The notes under the pieces: model-generated
The model's database searches: none
The model's input: the letters and a program-made list of their open reading frames with translations, nothing else
Told to the model about the DNA's origin: nothing
Assembly: GCA_965222075.1 (NCBI GenBank)
Contig: OZ244937.1
Coordinates: forward strand, 2,080,001-2,144,000
Length of the DNA: 64,000 nucleotides
Reading direction: 5' to 3'
DNA from: Candidatus Latescibacterota bacterium
Lineage (GTDB): Bacteria > Latescibacterota > UBA2968 > GCA-2709665
Translations under genes and position numbers: made by a program
In this document: positions 30,090-41,165 of the stretch, one piece after another
How positions within the stretch are numbered: the stretch's first letter is position 1
Layout of the letters: the number at the start of each line of letters is the position of its first letter

Positions 30090-33000
30090 ATGCAACCATC
30101 CGACACAACCCGGCTTCGAGCCTCCGCGCCTGCGCTCGCCCGGCTGTCCTTTTGGGTGCCCCCGGAACGGATGGCCGAATTTGAGATGGCCTACGTGGAG
30201 AAAGTGGCTCCCATTCTGGAACGCCTCGGCCTGGTGGCATCCTCTTGTCAGGCCCGAACGGCCCTGGAGGGGATCTTCAGCCGGCTGTTCGAGATACAAA
30301 CACCATCTCATATAGCAGAAATAGAGACAGCGCTTCAGAGAGACGGAAATTGGCAGGAAACGGTGCAGAGTCTCTCAACGGCCTTTACAGCAGACGGCAT
30401 ACCGGACGTGTTTCGGCACCGCCTCGGAATTTACAGTGCCCCTGCAGGACCTGGCAGGGTGGTGCCTGCCGGACGAGGACAGGGGCACTGGCGAACCTAC
30501 GACGGGGCGGACGGATTGTTGGAAAATCATGTGCGGGCAGTCCTCCAGGATCGGGACGGAAACCTCTGGTTCGGCACCGAAGTCGGGGCCTGCCGATATG
30601 ACGGTCGAACCTGGGCTACGTTCACTATGCAGGACGGCCTGGGAGACAATTATGTGCAGGCGATTTTCCAGGATCGAGACGGACAGCTCTGGTTCGGCAC
30701 CAGAGGCGGCGTGAGTTGTTATGACGGACAGACATTTACCTCCTTCACGGTTCAGGACGGTCTGGCCGACAACAGCGTATTTTCAATTTTCCAGGACCGG
30801 GACGGAATCCTCTGGTTCGGCACCGGCAGTTTTCGCGCCAGCGGCCGTGGCGTCAGTCGATACGATGGACAGCGCTTTACCACGCTCACGACAAACGATG
30901 GCCTGGCGGACGACACAGTGCTTTCGATCTTCCAGGACCGGGACGGAATCCTCTGGTTCGGCACCCGAGACGGCGTGAGCTGTTATGACGGGCAAACCTT
31001 TACTTCGTTTACCGTTCAGGACGGTCTGGCCGACAACAGCGTATTTTCAATTTTCCAGGACCGGGACGGAATCCTCTGGTTTGGCACCAACGGGGGGGCC
31101 AGTCGATACGATGGACAGCGCTTTGCCACGCTCACGACAAACGATGGCCTGGCGGACAATGTGGTGCGCTCGGTCTGCCAGGATCGGGAGGGACTCCTCT
31201 GGTTCTGTACCCACGGGGGTGTGAACTGCTACGATGGACAGAAGTTTACGACCTTTACTTCTCAGAACGGCCTGGCGGACAGTGTGGTGCGCTCGGTCTG
31301 CCAGGATCGGGAGGGACACCTCTGGTTCGGCACGATGGGCGGCGGTGTCAGTCGATATGACCAGCAGCGATTTATCACCTTCACAACAGACGATGGCCTG
31401 GCAGGCAATTGGGTGCGATCGATCCTTCAGGACCGCAAGGGACACCTCTGGTTCGGCATCTGCGGGGGCGGGGTGTGCCGGTACGATGGAGAGACCTTTT
31501 CTACCTTTTCCACACAAGACGGACTGTTAGACGTGGGCGTGCGGTCGATCCTTCAGGACCGCAAGGGACACCTCTGGGTCGGCGCCGAAATCGGTTTAAG
31601 CCGGTATGATGGAGAAAACTGGATCAACTACACGCCGGAGGACGGTCTGCCGGAAAATCCGGTCTTTTCCATCTTCCAGGACCGGGAAGAAAACCTCTGG
31701 ATCGGCATGATGTCCGGCGTGTGCCGGTACGATGGGCAGCATTTTACGACCTACACAACGGACGATGGACTGGCAAGTAACGATGTGCGGACGCTCTACC
31801 AGGATAGTGAGGGAACGCTCTGGGCCGGCACCGAGGGCGGCATCAGCCGGTACGATGGGCAGACCTGGACGACGGTTACCACACAGGATGGTTTGAGTAC
31901 CAACCGGACCTGGGTGATCTTCCAGGACCGGGAAGAAAACCTCTGGTTTGGAACCGTGGGGGATGGCGTATGCCGGTACGATGGGCAGACCTGGACATCG
32001 GTTACCACACAGGACGGACTGGCCCACAACGTGGTAACATCCATCTTCCAGGACCGGGACGGGCATCTCTGGTTTGGCACGGATGGAGGGATCAGCCGGT
32101 ATGACGGGCAGGTCTTCCAAACCCTGACCGACCAGGACGGCCTGCCGGGCAACTCGGTGTGGTCGGTCTTTCAGGACCGGGACGGGTACATCTGGATTGG
32201 CACCGCCAATGGCGTGACGCGCTATCATCGCCCCACGCCGTCGCCTCCTTCGGTGGTCATCGACGGGGTGGTGGCCGATCAACGCTATGAAGGGACAACC
32301 GCGCTTGAGATTCCCTCCAGTGTGGGACTGACCGCCTTTGAGTTTCACGGGGTCAGCTTTAAGACCCGCCCGGAGGCAGTAGTCTATCAATATCGGCTGG
32401 AGGGGTATGAAGCAGACTGGAAGACGACAGATAGCGGCCGGACGGAATACCTGGACCTTCCGCCGGGCGATTATACCTTTCATGTGAGGGCCATAGATCG
32501 GGATCTGAACTACTCCGATCCTGTGACTGTACGGTTAGCCGTTGTGCTGGACCCACAAATTCAGGCATTGACCGGGGCCCTGAGCGAGAGTGGGGCATTG
32601 AGTGAGTTCGTGGGGAAGAGCGATGCGCTGCGCCGGGTGCAGACACACCTTTCGGAGATAGCCCAAACGGATGTGACAGTGTTGATTTTGGGAGAGACCG
32701 GAACGGGCAAGGGGCTGGCTGCCCGGGCGGTACACGCACTGAGTAATCGAAAAATGAGGCCGTGTATACAGGTGAACTGTGGGGCGATTCCAGAAGGGTT
32801 GGTGGAAAGCGAACTGTTCGGGCACGAAAAGGGGGCGTTTACGGGTGCTTACGCTCGCAAGCTGGGGAAGGTAGAGCTGGCGAAGGGAGGAACGCTATTC
32901 TTAGATGAGATCGGGGATCTGGCCCATGAAACCCAGGTGAAGCTGTTGCAGCTTTTAGAGGAGCGGATCTTCTACCGGGTGGGGGGCACACTATCCCTGC

Positions 33001-33539
33001 AGGCCGAGGTACGCGTAATCACAGCGACCAACCGGAATCTGGCGCAAATGGTGGCGGAAGAGAGGTTCAGAGAGGACCTGTACTTCCGACTCCAGGCGTT
33101 TCCGGTGCGGATGCCGCCTTTGCGAGAACGCAGAGAGGATATTTTGCTGCTTGCCGCCTACTTTATGGAAAGAATGGCGATGCGTATGAACAAGAAGATT
33201 ACGCATTTGACGCTCGAGGCGCAGGCTATTCTGATGGCCTACAGTTGGCCGGGAAACGTGCGGGAGCTGGAGCACGCAGTACAGCGTGGAGTGATCCTGT
33301 GCAAGGGACCGACAATCGGTGTGGAGGAGATCGCGCTGGAGATTCAGAAGGATCCTGGGGGTCCGGCAGAGGAAGTTGTGACATTAGCGGAGCACGAACG
33401 ACAGTATATACGGGAGGTTTTGGAGAAGACCGCCTGGAGGATCAGGGGGCCTCACGGTGCAGCGGTGCTTTTAGGACTGCCCGAGTCCACGCTGCGCAGC
33501 CGGATGAAGAAACTGGGCATTGTGCGACCACAACAGTAG
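30090..33539 (+). CDS. Propeller/Y_Y_Y-fused sigma54-dependent activator (copy 2)
   Basis: Same 1149-aa length as copy 1; [21 protein letters not shown]; N-terminus and HTH identical, propeller blades diverged. Confidence 0.92.
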   Translation: MQPSDTTRLRASAPALARLSFWVPPERMAEFEMAYVEKVAPILERLGLVASSCQARTALEGIFSRLFEIQTPSHIAEIETALQRDGNWQETVQSLSTAFTADGIPDVFRHRLGIYSAPAGPGRVVPAGRGQGHWRTYDGADGLLENHVRAVLQDRDGNLWFGTEVGACRYDGRTWATFTMQDGLGDNYVQAIFQDRDGQLWFGTRGGVSCYDGQTFTSFTVQDGLADNSVFSIFQDRDGILWFGTGSFRASGRGVSRYDGQRFTTLTTNDGLADDTVLSIFQDRDGILWFGTRDGVSCYDGQTFTSFTVQDGLADNSVFSIFQDRDGILWFGTNGGASRYDGQRFATLTTNDGLADNVVRSVCQDREGLLWFCTHGGVNCYDGQKFTTFTSQNGLADSVVRSVCQDREGHLWFGTMGGGVSRYDQQRFITFTTDDGLAGNWVRSILQDRKGHLWFGICGGGVCRYDGETFSTFSTQDGLLDVGVRSILQDRKGHLWVGAEIGLSRYDGENWINYTPEDGLPENPVFSIFQDREENLWIGMMSGVCRYDGQHFTTYTTDDGLASNDVRTLYQDSEGTLWAGTEGGISRYDGQTWTTVTTQDGLSTNRTWVIFQDREENLWFGTVGDGVCRYDGQTWTSVTTQDGLAHNVVTSIFQDRDGHLWFGTDGGISRYDGQVFQTLTDQDGLPGNSVWSVFQDRDGYIWIGTANGVTRYHRPTPSPPSVVIDGVVADQRYEGTTALEIPSSVGLTAFEFHGVSFKTRPEAVVYQYRLEGYEADWKTTDSGRTEYLDLPPGDYTFHVRAIDRDLNYSDPVTVRLAVVLDPQIQALTGALSESGALSEFVGKSDALRRVQTHLSEIAQTDVTVLILGETGTGKGLAARAVHALSNRKMRPCIQVNCGAIPEGLVESELFGHEKGAFTGAYARKLGKVELAKGGTLFLDEIGDLAHETQVKLLQLLEERIFYRVGGTLSLQAEVRVITATNRNLAQMVAEERFREDLYFRLQAFPVRMPPLRERREDILLLAAYFMERMAMRMNKKITHLTLEAQAILMAYSWPGNVRELEHAVQRGVILCKGPTIGVEEIALEIQKDPGGPAEEVVTLAEHERQYIREVLEKTAWRIRGPHGAAVLLGLPESTLRSRMKKLGIVRPQQ

Positions 33540-33649
33540 CGCTATATATCACGCAATGCGCTATATATCACGCAGCATTCTTTTTTTATAATTAACTGTA
33601 AATAAATAAAATATAAAATTTATGGAGAAATTGTTAAGCGATATATCGC
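33539..33649. promoter_or_regulatory. Putative UAS (copy 2)
   Basis: Same direct repeat (33539-33574) and GCGATATATCGC palindrome (33638-33649) as copy 1. Confidence 0.6.
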
Positions 33650-33771
33650 GCATTCGCAATACTGTTCAAAGACTCTAAACATAGATATAACCTGAAATAA
33701 TAAATAAAATTAGATATAAGACCGTTATAAACAGCCACCTGAAGCTATATGCGTCAGATGGCTGTTTTTCT

Positions 33772-33787
33772 TGGCACAGCTTTTGCT
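33772..33787 (+). promoter_or_regulatory. Sigma54 -24/-12 promoter (copy 2)
   Basis: TGGCAC-AGCTT-TTGCT. Confidence 0.88.
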
Positions 33788-33804
33788 GTATTCTGGAGGC
33801 TCCG

Positions 33805-34113
33805 ATGTTGCGCATCACAGTGGTATCACAGACGCCAGATGAGGTGGTGTTGAGGATGGAGGGCTGGGTGTCCGGAACGAATGTGGAGCTGCTGAAACAG
33901 GAAGTCACGCATTGGTTTCGGGAGGCCAAGTATGTGGTGCTGGACCTGACCAACATTCGGTTCATCGACGAAGCAGGCATCACGTTATTGCAGGGCTGGT
34001 CGAAGAAGCGTTTGCGCGGCGGATCGCTGTTTGTTCACACACTGTTGGAGGCGCGGCGGATCGCTGTTTGTTCACACACTGTTGGAGGCCCACGGGTTGG
34101 CTTAGGGAAATAA
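33805..34113 (+). CDS. STAS-domain protein copy 2, altered C-terminus
   Basis: As 9382-9651 but with a 6-nt deletion and a 37-bp tandem duplication (34014-34050 / 34051-34087) that shifts the last codons. Confidence 0.7.
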   Translation: MLRITVVSQTPDEVVLRMEGWVSGTNVELLKQEVTHWFREAKYVVLDLTNIRFIDEAGITLLQGWSKKRLRGGSLFVHTLLEARRIAVCSHTVGGPRVGLGK

Positions 34114-34269
34114 AGACGAGGAATATAACCTGTCAGACGGGTGTATTATTGCGTATAGATAAGGGGGAATGCTTAAAAGATGAATGATTTCGGGTGGCTG
34201 TCGGATGTCTTTGCGTGAACGTCATGCGCTTGAAGCTAAGTCGCTGGAGTTAAAGGAGGAGACCTGAAC

Positions 34270-37200
34270 ATGAGATCGACCAAGACTCTATATATGCTCA
34301 CCGGGATTCTGACTCTCGTGTTGGCCCTGCCCCTGTCGGGCGCCTTTGCGGGCTCAACAGGTAAGATTTCCGGGCGGATCACCGATGCCCAGGGGGCGCC
34401 CCTGCCGGGGTCCAGCGTGGTCATCGAAGGCACTCAGCGGGGCGCCATCACCGACGCGGACGGCTTTTACGTGATCGTGGCGGTAGACCCGGGATCCTAC
34501 GATTTGACCGCGTCGTTGGTTGGGTTTGCGAATGTGACGAAACGGAATGTGAACGTCACGGTCGATTACACGACGACGCTGAGTTTCACGCTGAAGGAGC
34601 AGGCGATTGAGGCGGCCGAGATCGTGGTGACCGCGGAGCGCTCGCCGGTGGAGGCGGACAAGACGTCGACCCGGTACGTGCTGTCGGTCGAGGATATCGA
34701 GCAGGCGCCGATTGTCAAGACCACGGGCGAGTTTATCTCCCTGCAGCCGGGTGTAGACCAGGCCGGCACGTTCTCAATTCGCGGATCGAAGATCACAAGA
34801 GGCACCGACCCGCAGATTGCCGGAGGGCATAATTCTTATGCGGGCAACGATGTCTACGTGATGATCGATGGGGTGCGCATTTCCAACAATGATGGGAACA
34901 GCGCGCTCCTGTTTACCGGCGTCAATAAAAGCGCGATCCAGCAAATCTCTGTGGAAACGGGTGTGACACCTGCCGAGTATGGGGACGCGCAGGGGGGCAC
35001 GATCAACATTGTGATGAAGGATGGGGGGAAGGCGTTCCACGGGTGGACGGAGGTCAACTTAGAGCCTGCGGGAAAGAAACACTGGGGGGCGAACGCGTAC
35101 GACGCCCCGCTGCATCGGGACCACATGAAGTGGGACGATCCGGAGTGGTTGAAGGAAACGGACCCGCAGACGGGCCGGATCATCCACGTGCGGGAGGACT
35201 ACACGAGCTACCAGGGGGTGAGGCTGGAGGGCAGCCTGTCCGGTCCGGTCGGGCCGAAGGCATCATTTATCGTCTCGGCCAAGCACGACCGCCGCGCCAC
35301 GACCTATCCGTCGGCGACGAGCCACGGGTTCTACAACGATCGGGGGCAGTATATCAACGCGCCGAACAACTTTCAGGGGTCGGCCAGCCTGACCGTTAAG
35401 CCGACAGGCGGCATAAAAGTGAAGACGGGGCTGATCCTGCAGCGCTACACGGCGTTTAACAACGAGTACAACCACGCGCGCCAGGCGGATGAGGGTTTCA
35501 TCCGCGGGCTGCTGCGAAGAAACGGCCGAAATATCTTTCTGCCGAGCGATTGGGCGTCGTCAGGCAAGTACCGCCACCAGGAAAACCTGGCGTACGTAAC
35601 ATTCACGCATACGATCTCGTCCAAAACGTTTTACGAGGTACGCCTTGCGCGCAGCCAGACCGTGAACGATACCATGGATACCCATCCCTGGTCGGAGAAT
35701 CCGCGCAATGACAGGGCCGGGTGGTTCTATATCGACCGGGAGGTCGCGTCCTGGGTGGATACGGACCGCAAGCGGTACAGCATCAAGGCCGACCTGTCCA
35801 GCCAACTCACCAGGGGAAACTTTGTGAAGACCGGCTTTGAGATCATCCGCTACAATACCTATTACACCTTCTGGTCATCGGGTTCCAAGACGGCGAACCG
35901 CTTCACGATGTCCGCCGGCGGCGATACGCCGTGGATCATGGACACGCCGGCCAAGCCGATCAGGGGGGCCTTCTACGTGCAGGACAAGATGGAGTTTGAA
36001 GGGTTGATTTTAAACGTGGGCGTGCGTATGGACTTCAACAAGCACACCCACAGGGAACTCATGTTCTCGGGGATGCAAACGGCGCCCATGTGGCGGTTCT
36101 ACACGGACCGGCACTATGCCTACGGCGTGGGCACGGGTGAGGGGGTGAACGTGACAGGCGACATGGCGCGGACGCCGACGACGCAGTTTTACATCAGTCC
36201 GAGGTTGGGCATCTCGCACCCGGTCACGGACCGGATGACGATGCACTTCTCGCTGGGGAGGTTCATCCAGTGGCTCTCCATCTACGACAGCTATGCCAAG
36301 TCCTACCGGAATGCCGGTAAGGTCGGTCCGGACGGGGACCCGTCGTGGAAGGACGTGAACGGCAACGGGGTGAAGGACCCGGCCGAGGCGCTCAACGTCA
36401 TGCAGCACCCCAAAAAGGGGACCGCGGGAGATCCCTGGGCCCATCCGGAGCAGACGCTGACGTTTGAGGTGGGCGGAGACTGGAACTTCGTCTCCGACTA
36501 TACCGCGTCGCTGGCGATCTGGTATCGCAGCGAGACGGACCAGATCGTCCGCGAGGCGAACAGGTGGGAGGGCCCGAAGTCGTCAACGACGCTTCGAGGC
36601 CAGGGGAACGGGCGAGGGGGCTACGTTAAGGGCCTTGATATAGCGGTGCGGAAGCGCCTGAGCAGCTACTTCTCGTTCCGCCTGGCCTGGACGTCAAGCT
36701 GGTCCGCGTACGGCGACATGGGCCTCACCCAGTACAGGGCGCGGATGCACCCGGACTCCGCCTTTGTGGTCAGCCCGGAATTCTGGTATAAGTTCAAACC
36801 TATGCCGGACGGGTCCCAGGTGGCGGTTGCGCTGACCGAGGCGGAGAAGAAAGAGTTCGGCAGGCAGGCGGAGAACACTGTGCGGGGAAGCCAGCGGAAT
36901 TTCGAGGATGTTGCCCGCACCCACTACGGCAAAATCCCGGAGTTCGCCGACAAGGCGGTCTACATGAAATACATGTCGCTGGGTGGGTTTAACCGCGGCC
37001 CCCTGGCACCATTGGGAGAGGAGAGAGTCGGCGGGCGTTTGGGCCAGGCGAACGCGCAGTTCGTGCTGCACACGCCGCCGGACATCCGGTTCGGTCCCAG
37101 GTGGATGAGCTGGCTTGCCAGCGATCTGAATGCGAACCTGCTCTGGCGGCTTCGCACCGGAATCCGGTTCAAATGGACGCCGCCGGGAAGAGGCGATGCG

Positions 37201-37476
37201 CTGATTACTCGGGGCCCGGTCGAGACGGTGACGGACCTGGGCGTGGAGAAGGTCTTCAACTCGAAGGGTCGCGTGCGCCCGTCGTTCTTCGTCGAGGTCC
37301 GCAATCTCTTCGACCAGAAGACGGACATTACCAATCCCGGGGCGAAGTACATGCAGTGGGGCCAGCTGATGCCCGACCCGGACAATAAGGACTTTGTGAC
37401 CTACGGGGACATGGGAGACCGCGATTATGCCCACGCGCCCAGACAGACGAACCTGGGTATCCGCATCGTCTTTTGA
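34270..37476 (+). CDS. TonB-dependent receptor copy 2 (intact)
   Basis: AAAGGAGG SD, signal peptide, GKISGRITD...GFY carboxypeptidase-regulatory-like domain, plug (PAEYGDAQGGTINIV), YVQDKMEF, ISPRLGISHP, terminal RIVF. Confidence 0.92.
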   Translation: MRSTKTLYMLTGILTLVLALPLSGAFAGSTGKISGRITDAQGAPLPGSSVVIEGTQRGAITDADGFYVIVAVDPGSYDLTASLVGFANVTKRNVNVTVDYTTTLSFTLKEQAIEAAEIVVTAERSPVEADKTSTRYVLSVEDIEQAPIVKTTGEFISLQPGVDQAGTFSIRGSKITRGTDPQIAGGHNSYAGNDVYVMIDGVRISNNDGNSALLFTGVNKSAIQQISVETGVTPAEYGDAQGGTINIVMKDGGKAFHGWTEVNLEPAGKKHWGANAYDAPLHRDHMKWDDPEWLKETDPQTGRIIHVREDYTSYQGVRLEGSLSGPVGPKASFIVSAKHDRRATTYPSATSHGFYNDRGQYINAPNNFQGSASLTVKPTGGIKVKTGLILQRYTAFNNEYNHARQADEGFIRGLLRRNGRNIFLPSDWASSGKYRHQENLAYVTFTHTISSKTFYEVRLARSQTVNDTMDTHPWSENPRNDRAGWFYIDREVASWVDTDRKRYSIKADLSSQLTRGNFVKTGFEIIRYNTYYTFWSSGSKTANRFTMSAGGDTPWIMDTPAKPIRGAFYVQDKMEFEGLILNVGVRMDFNKHTHRELMFSGMQTAPMWRFYTDRHYAYGVGTGEGVNVTGDMARTPTTQFYISPRLGISHPVTDRMTMHFSLGRFIQWLSIYDSYAKSYRNAGKVGPDGDPSWKDVNGNGVKDPAEALNVMQHPKKGTAGDPWAHPEQTLTFEVGGDWNFVSDYTASLAIWYRSETDQIVREANRWEGPKSSTTLRGQGNGRGGYVKGLDIAVRKRLSSYFSFRLAWTSSWSAYGDMGLTQYRARMHPDSAFVVSPEFWYKFKPMPDGSQVAVALTEAEKKEFGRQAENTVRGSQRNFEDVARTHYGKIPEFADKAVYMKYMSLGGFNRGPLAPLGEERVGGRLGQANAQFVLHTPPDIRFGPRWMSWLASDLNANLLWRLRTGIRFKWTPPGRGDALITRGPVETVTDLGVEKVFNSKGRVRPSFFVEVRNLFDQKTDITNPGAKYMQWGQLMPDPDNKDFVTYGDMGDRDYAHAPRQTNLGIRIVF

Positions 37477-37482
37477 CAGATG

Positions 37483-37514
37483 CAGGGGGCGCGGTTCGCA
37501 GGCCGCGCCCCCTG
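37483..37514 (+). terminator. GC stem-loop after TonB receptor 2
   Basis: CAGGGGGCGCGG / CCGCGCCCCCTG, 12-bp perfect stem. Confidence 0.55.
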
Positions 37515-37558
37515 TTGGCTTTGTATGCCAAATGGGACACAGAAGGAGGGTTACCTTT

Positions 37559-39961
37559 ATGCACTTGCGTATGTTGAGACTTTCGCTTGTTCCGCTTGGA
37601 GCGGTGCTGTTTCTGCTCTTTGCAGCATCCGGCCCTCGGGCGCAGTTGGCAGGAGGGGAGGGGGACGCCGAGGCGATACGGCTCAACCGTCCGCTCCTGT
37701 CGCCCCTGATAACCGCGGTGGGCACCCACGACCACTTTTTCCTTGCTGGCTACGGCACCAGCGCCGGGCTGGGTTACCCCCGCCATAATGCGGGGGGCGG
37801 CGCCTACGGCGACAACCGGTTGGGCAGCATAGGGGTATCCGGCAACAGGGATGCCTCCTTTACGGCCGTGCGCAACGGCCACGGGGTCTGGACACTGACG
37901 TCGGACACCCGCGTGGTCTACACCGGCATCCGGATCGGCATGCAGGAGCTGAACATTCGGGCAATGCAGTACGACGTGAGCGCCGATCCGGACCTGTCAA
38001 AGCTGGGCAAGGAGTTCCACCTCCACCGCCGGCCTACGGTGAAGATGGGCAACGGACGGGGGAATCCCGCCGGGGTATCGGAGACAAGCCTGGGCGGGAA
38101 CTGGTGGCCGGGGTCCGATCTGATCGAGGTGGGACGGACACTGGCGCGCAATGACCTGCCGCCGGTCAACATCCTGAACCTGAACCTCTCCGCCTATCCG
38201 GATGACGACACCTGGGCCGAGCAGATCATCATCACAAAGTGGACGACTTCTCAGGGGCTGACCATCACGGAGCGGGTGTCCGGATGGAGCCACCCCGACT
38301 TCGACGAGTTCTTCATCGACGAGTACGTGATCGAAAACACGGGCGATACGGATGGGGACGGGGAGCGGGACCTGCCGGCGGTCGCCCAGAACGACCTCTT
38401 CATCGGGTTTGAGGACCGGTTCAAGACCAACGCGGCCGGATCCGCGCCGTACCGCACGGCAGGGGGAGGCTACGCCTCCTGGCGGCGGGAAGAGCAAGTC
38501 ACCCTGGACGACTGGTACGCCTACGACGAGAAGCTCAAACTGCTGTATAACTGGGATGGCGACCATCCCCTCTATATCGACTGGGATGATACGGGCGATC
38601 CCTACAGAGACGCCTTTGCGGAAGGGACGGAGGTCGCCGGCGCCAAGATCGGCCAGCCCGAGGGCCACTTGATGTCCCCCGGGCATCACGGAGTGGCCGT
38701 GATCGCTTACACGGACGATTCTACGAGTCCCTACGCGTACAATGCGCGGGACATAGGCCAGGGCTACGTCGTGCCCGAAGGCGATCAGCCCTACGCCGTG
38801 CGAATGTGGGAGTCCTTCGGTCCTCAGGTGCAGAGCGACCCGAACACCACCACGATGACGGAATTAGACATGTACTCCGAGGTGCTTTCGGGCCGCCAGA
38901 TCGATCCGAACCCGGACCATGTAAGCGGCCAGATCTCCATGCTGGTCTTCGGGCCGTACGACCTGCCCGCCGACGGAAAGACGAAGATCGTGCTGGCCTA
39001 TGTGTCCGGACAGCCCGGCCAGATGCTGGGGAACATCGGCCCGATCGAGTGGGCGGTCAAAGGGAATCAGAACGAACTGCCCAAGGGCCACGACGCGCAG
39101 AAGCAGAATTTGGAGGCCGCACAGTTTGCTTACGATAACGCCTTCGACCTCCCGGACGCGCCGCCCGATGTGAATTTCCGGACGGGCAGCAGCGCCACGG
39201 CGACCATGACGGTGGACTGGCCGGACGTGATCGAGAATGCGGCACACCCGGACTACGGGTCTGCGGATATTGCGGGCTACCGGGTCTATCGCACCTCCTG
39301 GTTCGACATCGGCCCCTACGAGTTGGTTGCGGATATCCCCGCGGGGACGACAAGCTTAGAGACGCCCGCATACAGGGTGACGCGCGAGGGCGGGCTGTAC
39401 AAGGTCACGGACCTGCGCTCGGCGGCCGGATTCTTTTATCACTACAGCGTGCGCGCCTACGCAAAGCCCCACGCGGACTGGACCCCGGGGAGCAGCGATC
39501 CGGCGGTGCACCCGCTTTCGATGGCAGACCTGCCGGGCCACATCACCAGCCACGTGCAGGTGGGCCAGGAGGGGGGCTGGTCCGCGTCTACGCAGCGGAT
39601 TTATGCGGTCGAATCGCCCTTCTCGGTGCCGGCGCCGGAGACGGAGTCCCTCAGCGAAAAGATCCGGGTGGTGCCCAACCCCTACTTTGCGGTCGAACAG
39701 GGGCGATTCTACCCCGGCTCCACGAAACTCCGATTTGTGGGTATCCCATCACACTGCAGAATCCGCATCTTCTCGGCATCCGGAGACATGGTCTCCGATT
39801 ATACCCACAACAATCCGACCAAGGGGGAGTCCGACTACATCCAGGAGACGTGGAACCTGAGCGGGTCGATCGCTTCGGGGGTCTACTTCTGGGTGGTGGA
39901 GAATCTGATCGACGGTCATAAGGGGAAGATTCAGAAGGGCCACCTCGTGGTTATCCGATAA
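37559..39961 (+). CDS. Secreted protein with T9SS-type CTD (copy 2)
   Basis: Start MHLRMLRL after AAGGAGG; paralog of 13122-15530 with a different signal peptide. Confidence 0.75.
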   Translation: MHLRMLRLSLVPLGAVLFLLFAASGPRAQLAGGEGDAEAIRLNRPLLSPLITAVGTHDHFFLAGYGTSAGLGYPRHNAGGGAYGDNRLGSIGVSGNRDASFTAVRNGHGVWTLTSDTRVVYTGIRIGMQELNIRAMQYDVSADPDLSKLGKEFHLHRRPTVKMGNGRGNPAGVSETSLGGNWWPGSDLIEVGRTLARNDLPPVNILNLNLSAYPDDDTWAEQIIITKWTTSQGLTITERVSGWSHPDFDEFFIDEYVIENTGDTDGDGERDLPAVAQNDLFIGFEDRFKTNAAGSAPYRTAGGGYASWRREEQVTLDDWYAYDEKLKLLYNWDGDHPLYIDWDDTGDPYRDAFAEGTEVAGAKIGQPEGHLMSPGHHGVAVIAYTDDSTSPYAYNARDIGQGYVVPEGDQPYAVRMWESFGPQVQSDPNTTTMTELDMYSEVLSGRQIDPNPDHVSGQISMLVFGPYDLPADGKTKIVLAYVSGQPGQMLGNIGPIEWAVKGNQNELPKGHDAQKQNLEAAQFAYDNAFDLPDAPPDVNFRTGSSATATMTVDWPDVIENAAHPDYGSADIAGYRVYRTSWFDIGPYELVADIPAGTTSLETPAYRVTREGGLYKVTDLRSAAGFFYHYSVRAYAKPHADWTPGSSDPAVHPLSMADLPGHITSHVQVGQEGGWSASTQRIYAVESPFSVPAPETESLSEKIRVVPNPYFAVEQGRFYPGSTKLRFVGIPSHCRIRIFSASGDMVSDYTHNNPTKGESDYIQETWNLSGSIASGVYFWVVENLIDGHKGKIQKGHLVVIR

Positions 39962-39982
39962 TGCGAAGAAAGGGGTAAGACC

Positions 39983-40969
39983 GTGAAACAGCTTAGATTC
40001 ACGATACTGCTCGCCGCGATGGGGGTGCTCCTGTTTGCGCCTCCCGGCGACGCGGTTATCAAGGATGAAGTCGAGCGGCTCTTTGGCACACAAAAGTGGC
40101 TCGGCCTGGCCGGGTTTCAGTTCCTCAAGATCGGGCAGGGTGCCCGGCCCGTGGCCATGGGCGATGCCTATACGGCCGTGGCGGACGATATCAACGCGAT
40201 CTTCTGGAATCCGGCGGGGCTGACGGCCATCCGGGGCACGGCCTGGACGGCCTCCTACACGAAGTGGCTGGTGGACTCCCACCTCTACTCCGCGGCGGTG
40301 GCCTGGAACACGGGCACGGCCAGGGGCGGGGTGCTGGGCGGCAGCGTGGTGGCCTTGAGGTTCCCGCATATCGAGGAAACAACGACCTTCCAGCCGCAAG
40401 GTACGGGTGCCGGTGTGTCCACCGGGGATGTGGCCATCGGCGTGGTCTACGCGCTGAAGCTGACGGACAAATTTTCGTTCGCCTCCCGGGTGTCGTGGGT
40501 CAGCCAGACCCTCCATACCGAAAGCGTCAGCACCATCAGTGTGGACGTGGGCACGCTCTTCTATACGGGCTTTAAGAGCCTGCGTCTGGCCATGGCGCTG
40601 AAGAACTACGGCCCGGACAAGAAGATTGTGGAGAACAAATTCTTCATGCCCCTTTATTACCACGTAGCTGCGGCAGGGGAGATCTACGGGGAGAAGGGAG
40701 ACCCCGCTTATCTAACCGTGTCGGGGGAATCCGCGTTTGCGGCGGACTACGAGTTGCGCGCCCACCTGGGAGCCGAGATGTGGTTTCAGAACATGGTTGC
40801 CCTGCGGGCAGGCTATAAGTTCAACTACGACACGGATACCTACAGTGCAGGGGCAGGCCTGAAGTACGAAATCGCCGGTGACCGGGCAGTGACGGTGGAC
40901 CTCTCCTACACGGATATGGGCAAGTACTTCGACGGCCCCATACGGGTGACGGTTGGGGGGATGTTTTAG
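39983..40969 (+). CDS. PorV/PorQ family barrel (copy 2)
   Basis: 328 aa; four substitutions versus copy 1 found by eye. Confidence 0.88.
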   Translation: MKQLRFTILLAAMGVLLFAPPGDAVIKDEVERLFGTQKWLGLAGFQFLKIGQGARPVAMGDAYTAVADDINAIFWNPAGLTAIRGTAWTASYTKWLVDSHLYSAAVAWNTGTARGGVLGGSVVALRFPHIEETTTFQPQGTGAGVSTGDVAIGVVYALKLTDKFSFASRVSWVSQTLHTESVSTISVDVGTLFYTGFKSLRLAMALKNYGPDKKIVENKFFMPLYYHVAAAGEIYGEKGDPAYLTVSGESAFAADYELRAHLGAEMWFQNMVALRAGYKFNYDTDTYSAGAGLKYEIAGDRAVTVDLSYTDMGKYFDGPIRVTVGGMF

Positions 40970-41044
40970 GGAAAAGGACGGCGTTAGAGAGGGGATGGAG
41001 ACCGGAACCGATCTCCTGGACTTGAGCCTGCCGTTGGGCAGATT

Positions 41045-41090
41045 TGCACCCCCGTCTTTTTGACTTTGGATGGGGGTGCACCTGTTTTGT
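41045..41090 (+). terminator. Terminator-like hairpin (copy 2)
   Basis: Same stem as 16616-16651, followed by CCTGTTTTGT. Confidence 0.55.
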
Positions 41091-41165
41091 TAAGGCGCCG
41101 GATAAGACCTGTCCATAACTTTGTTTCCAACATGCCCGACGACGTGCGCCACTTCAGGAGGTTCC

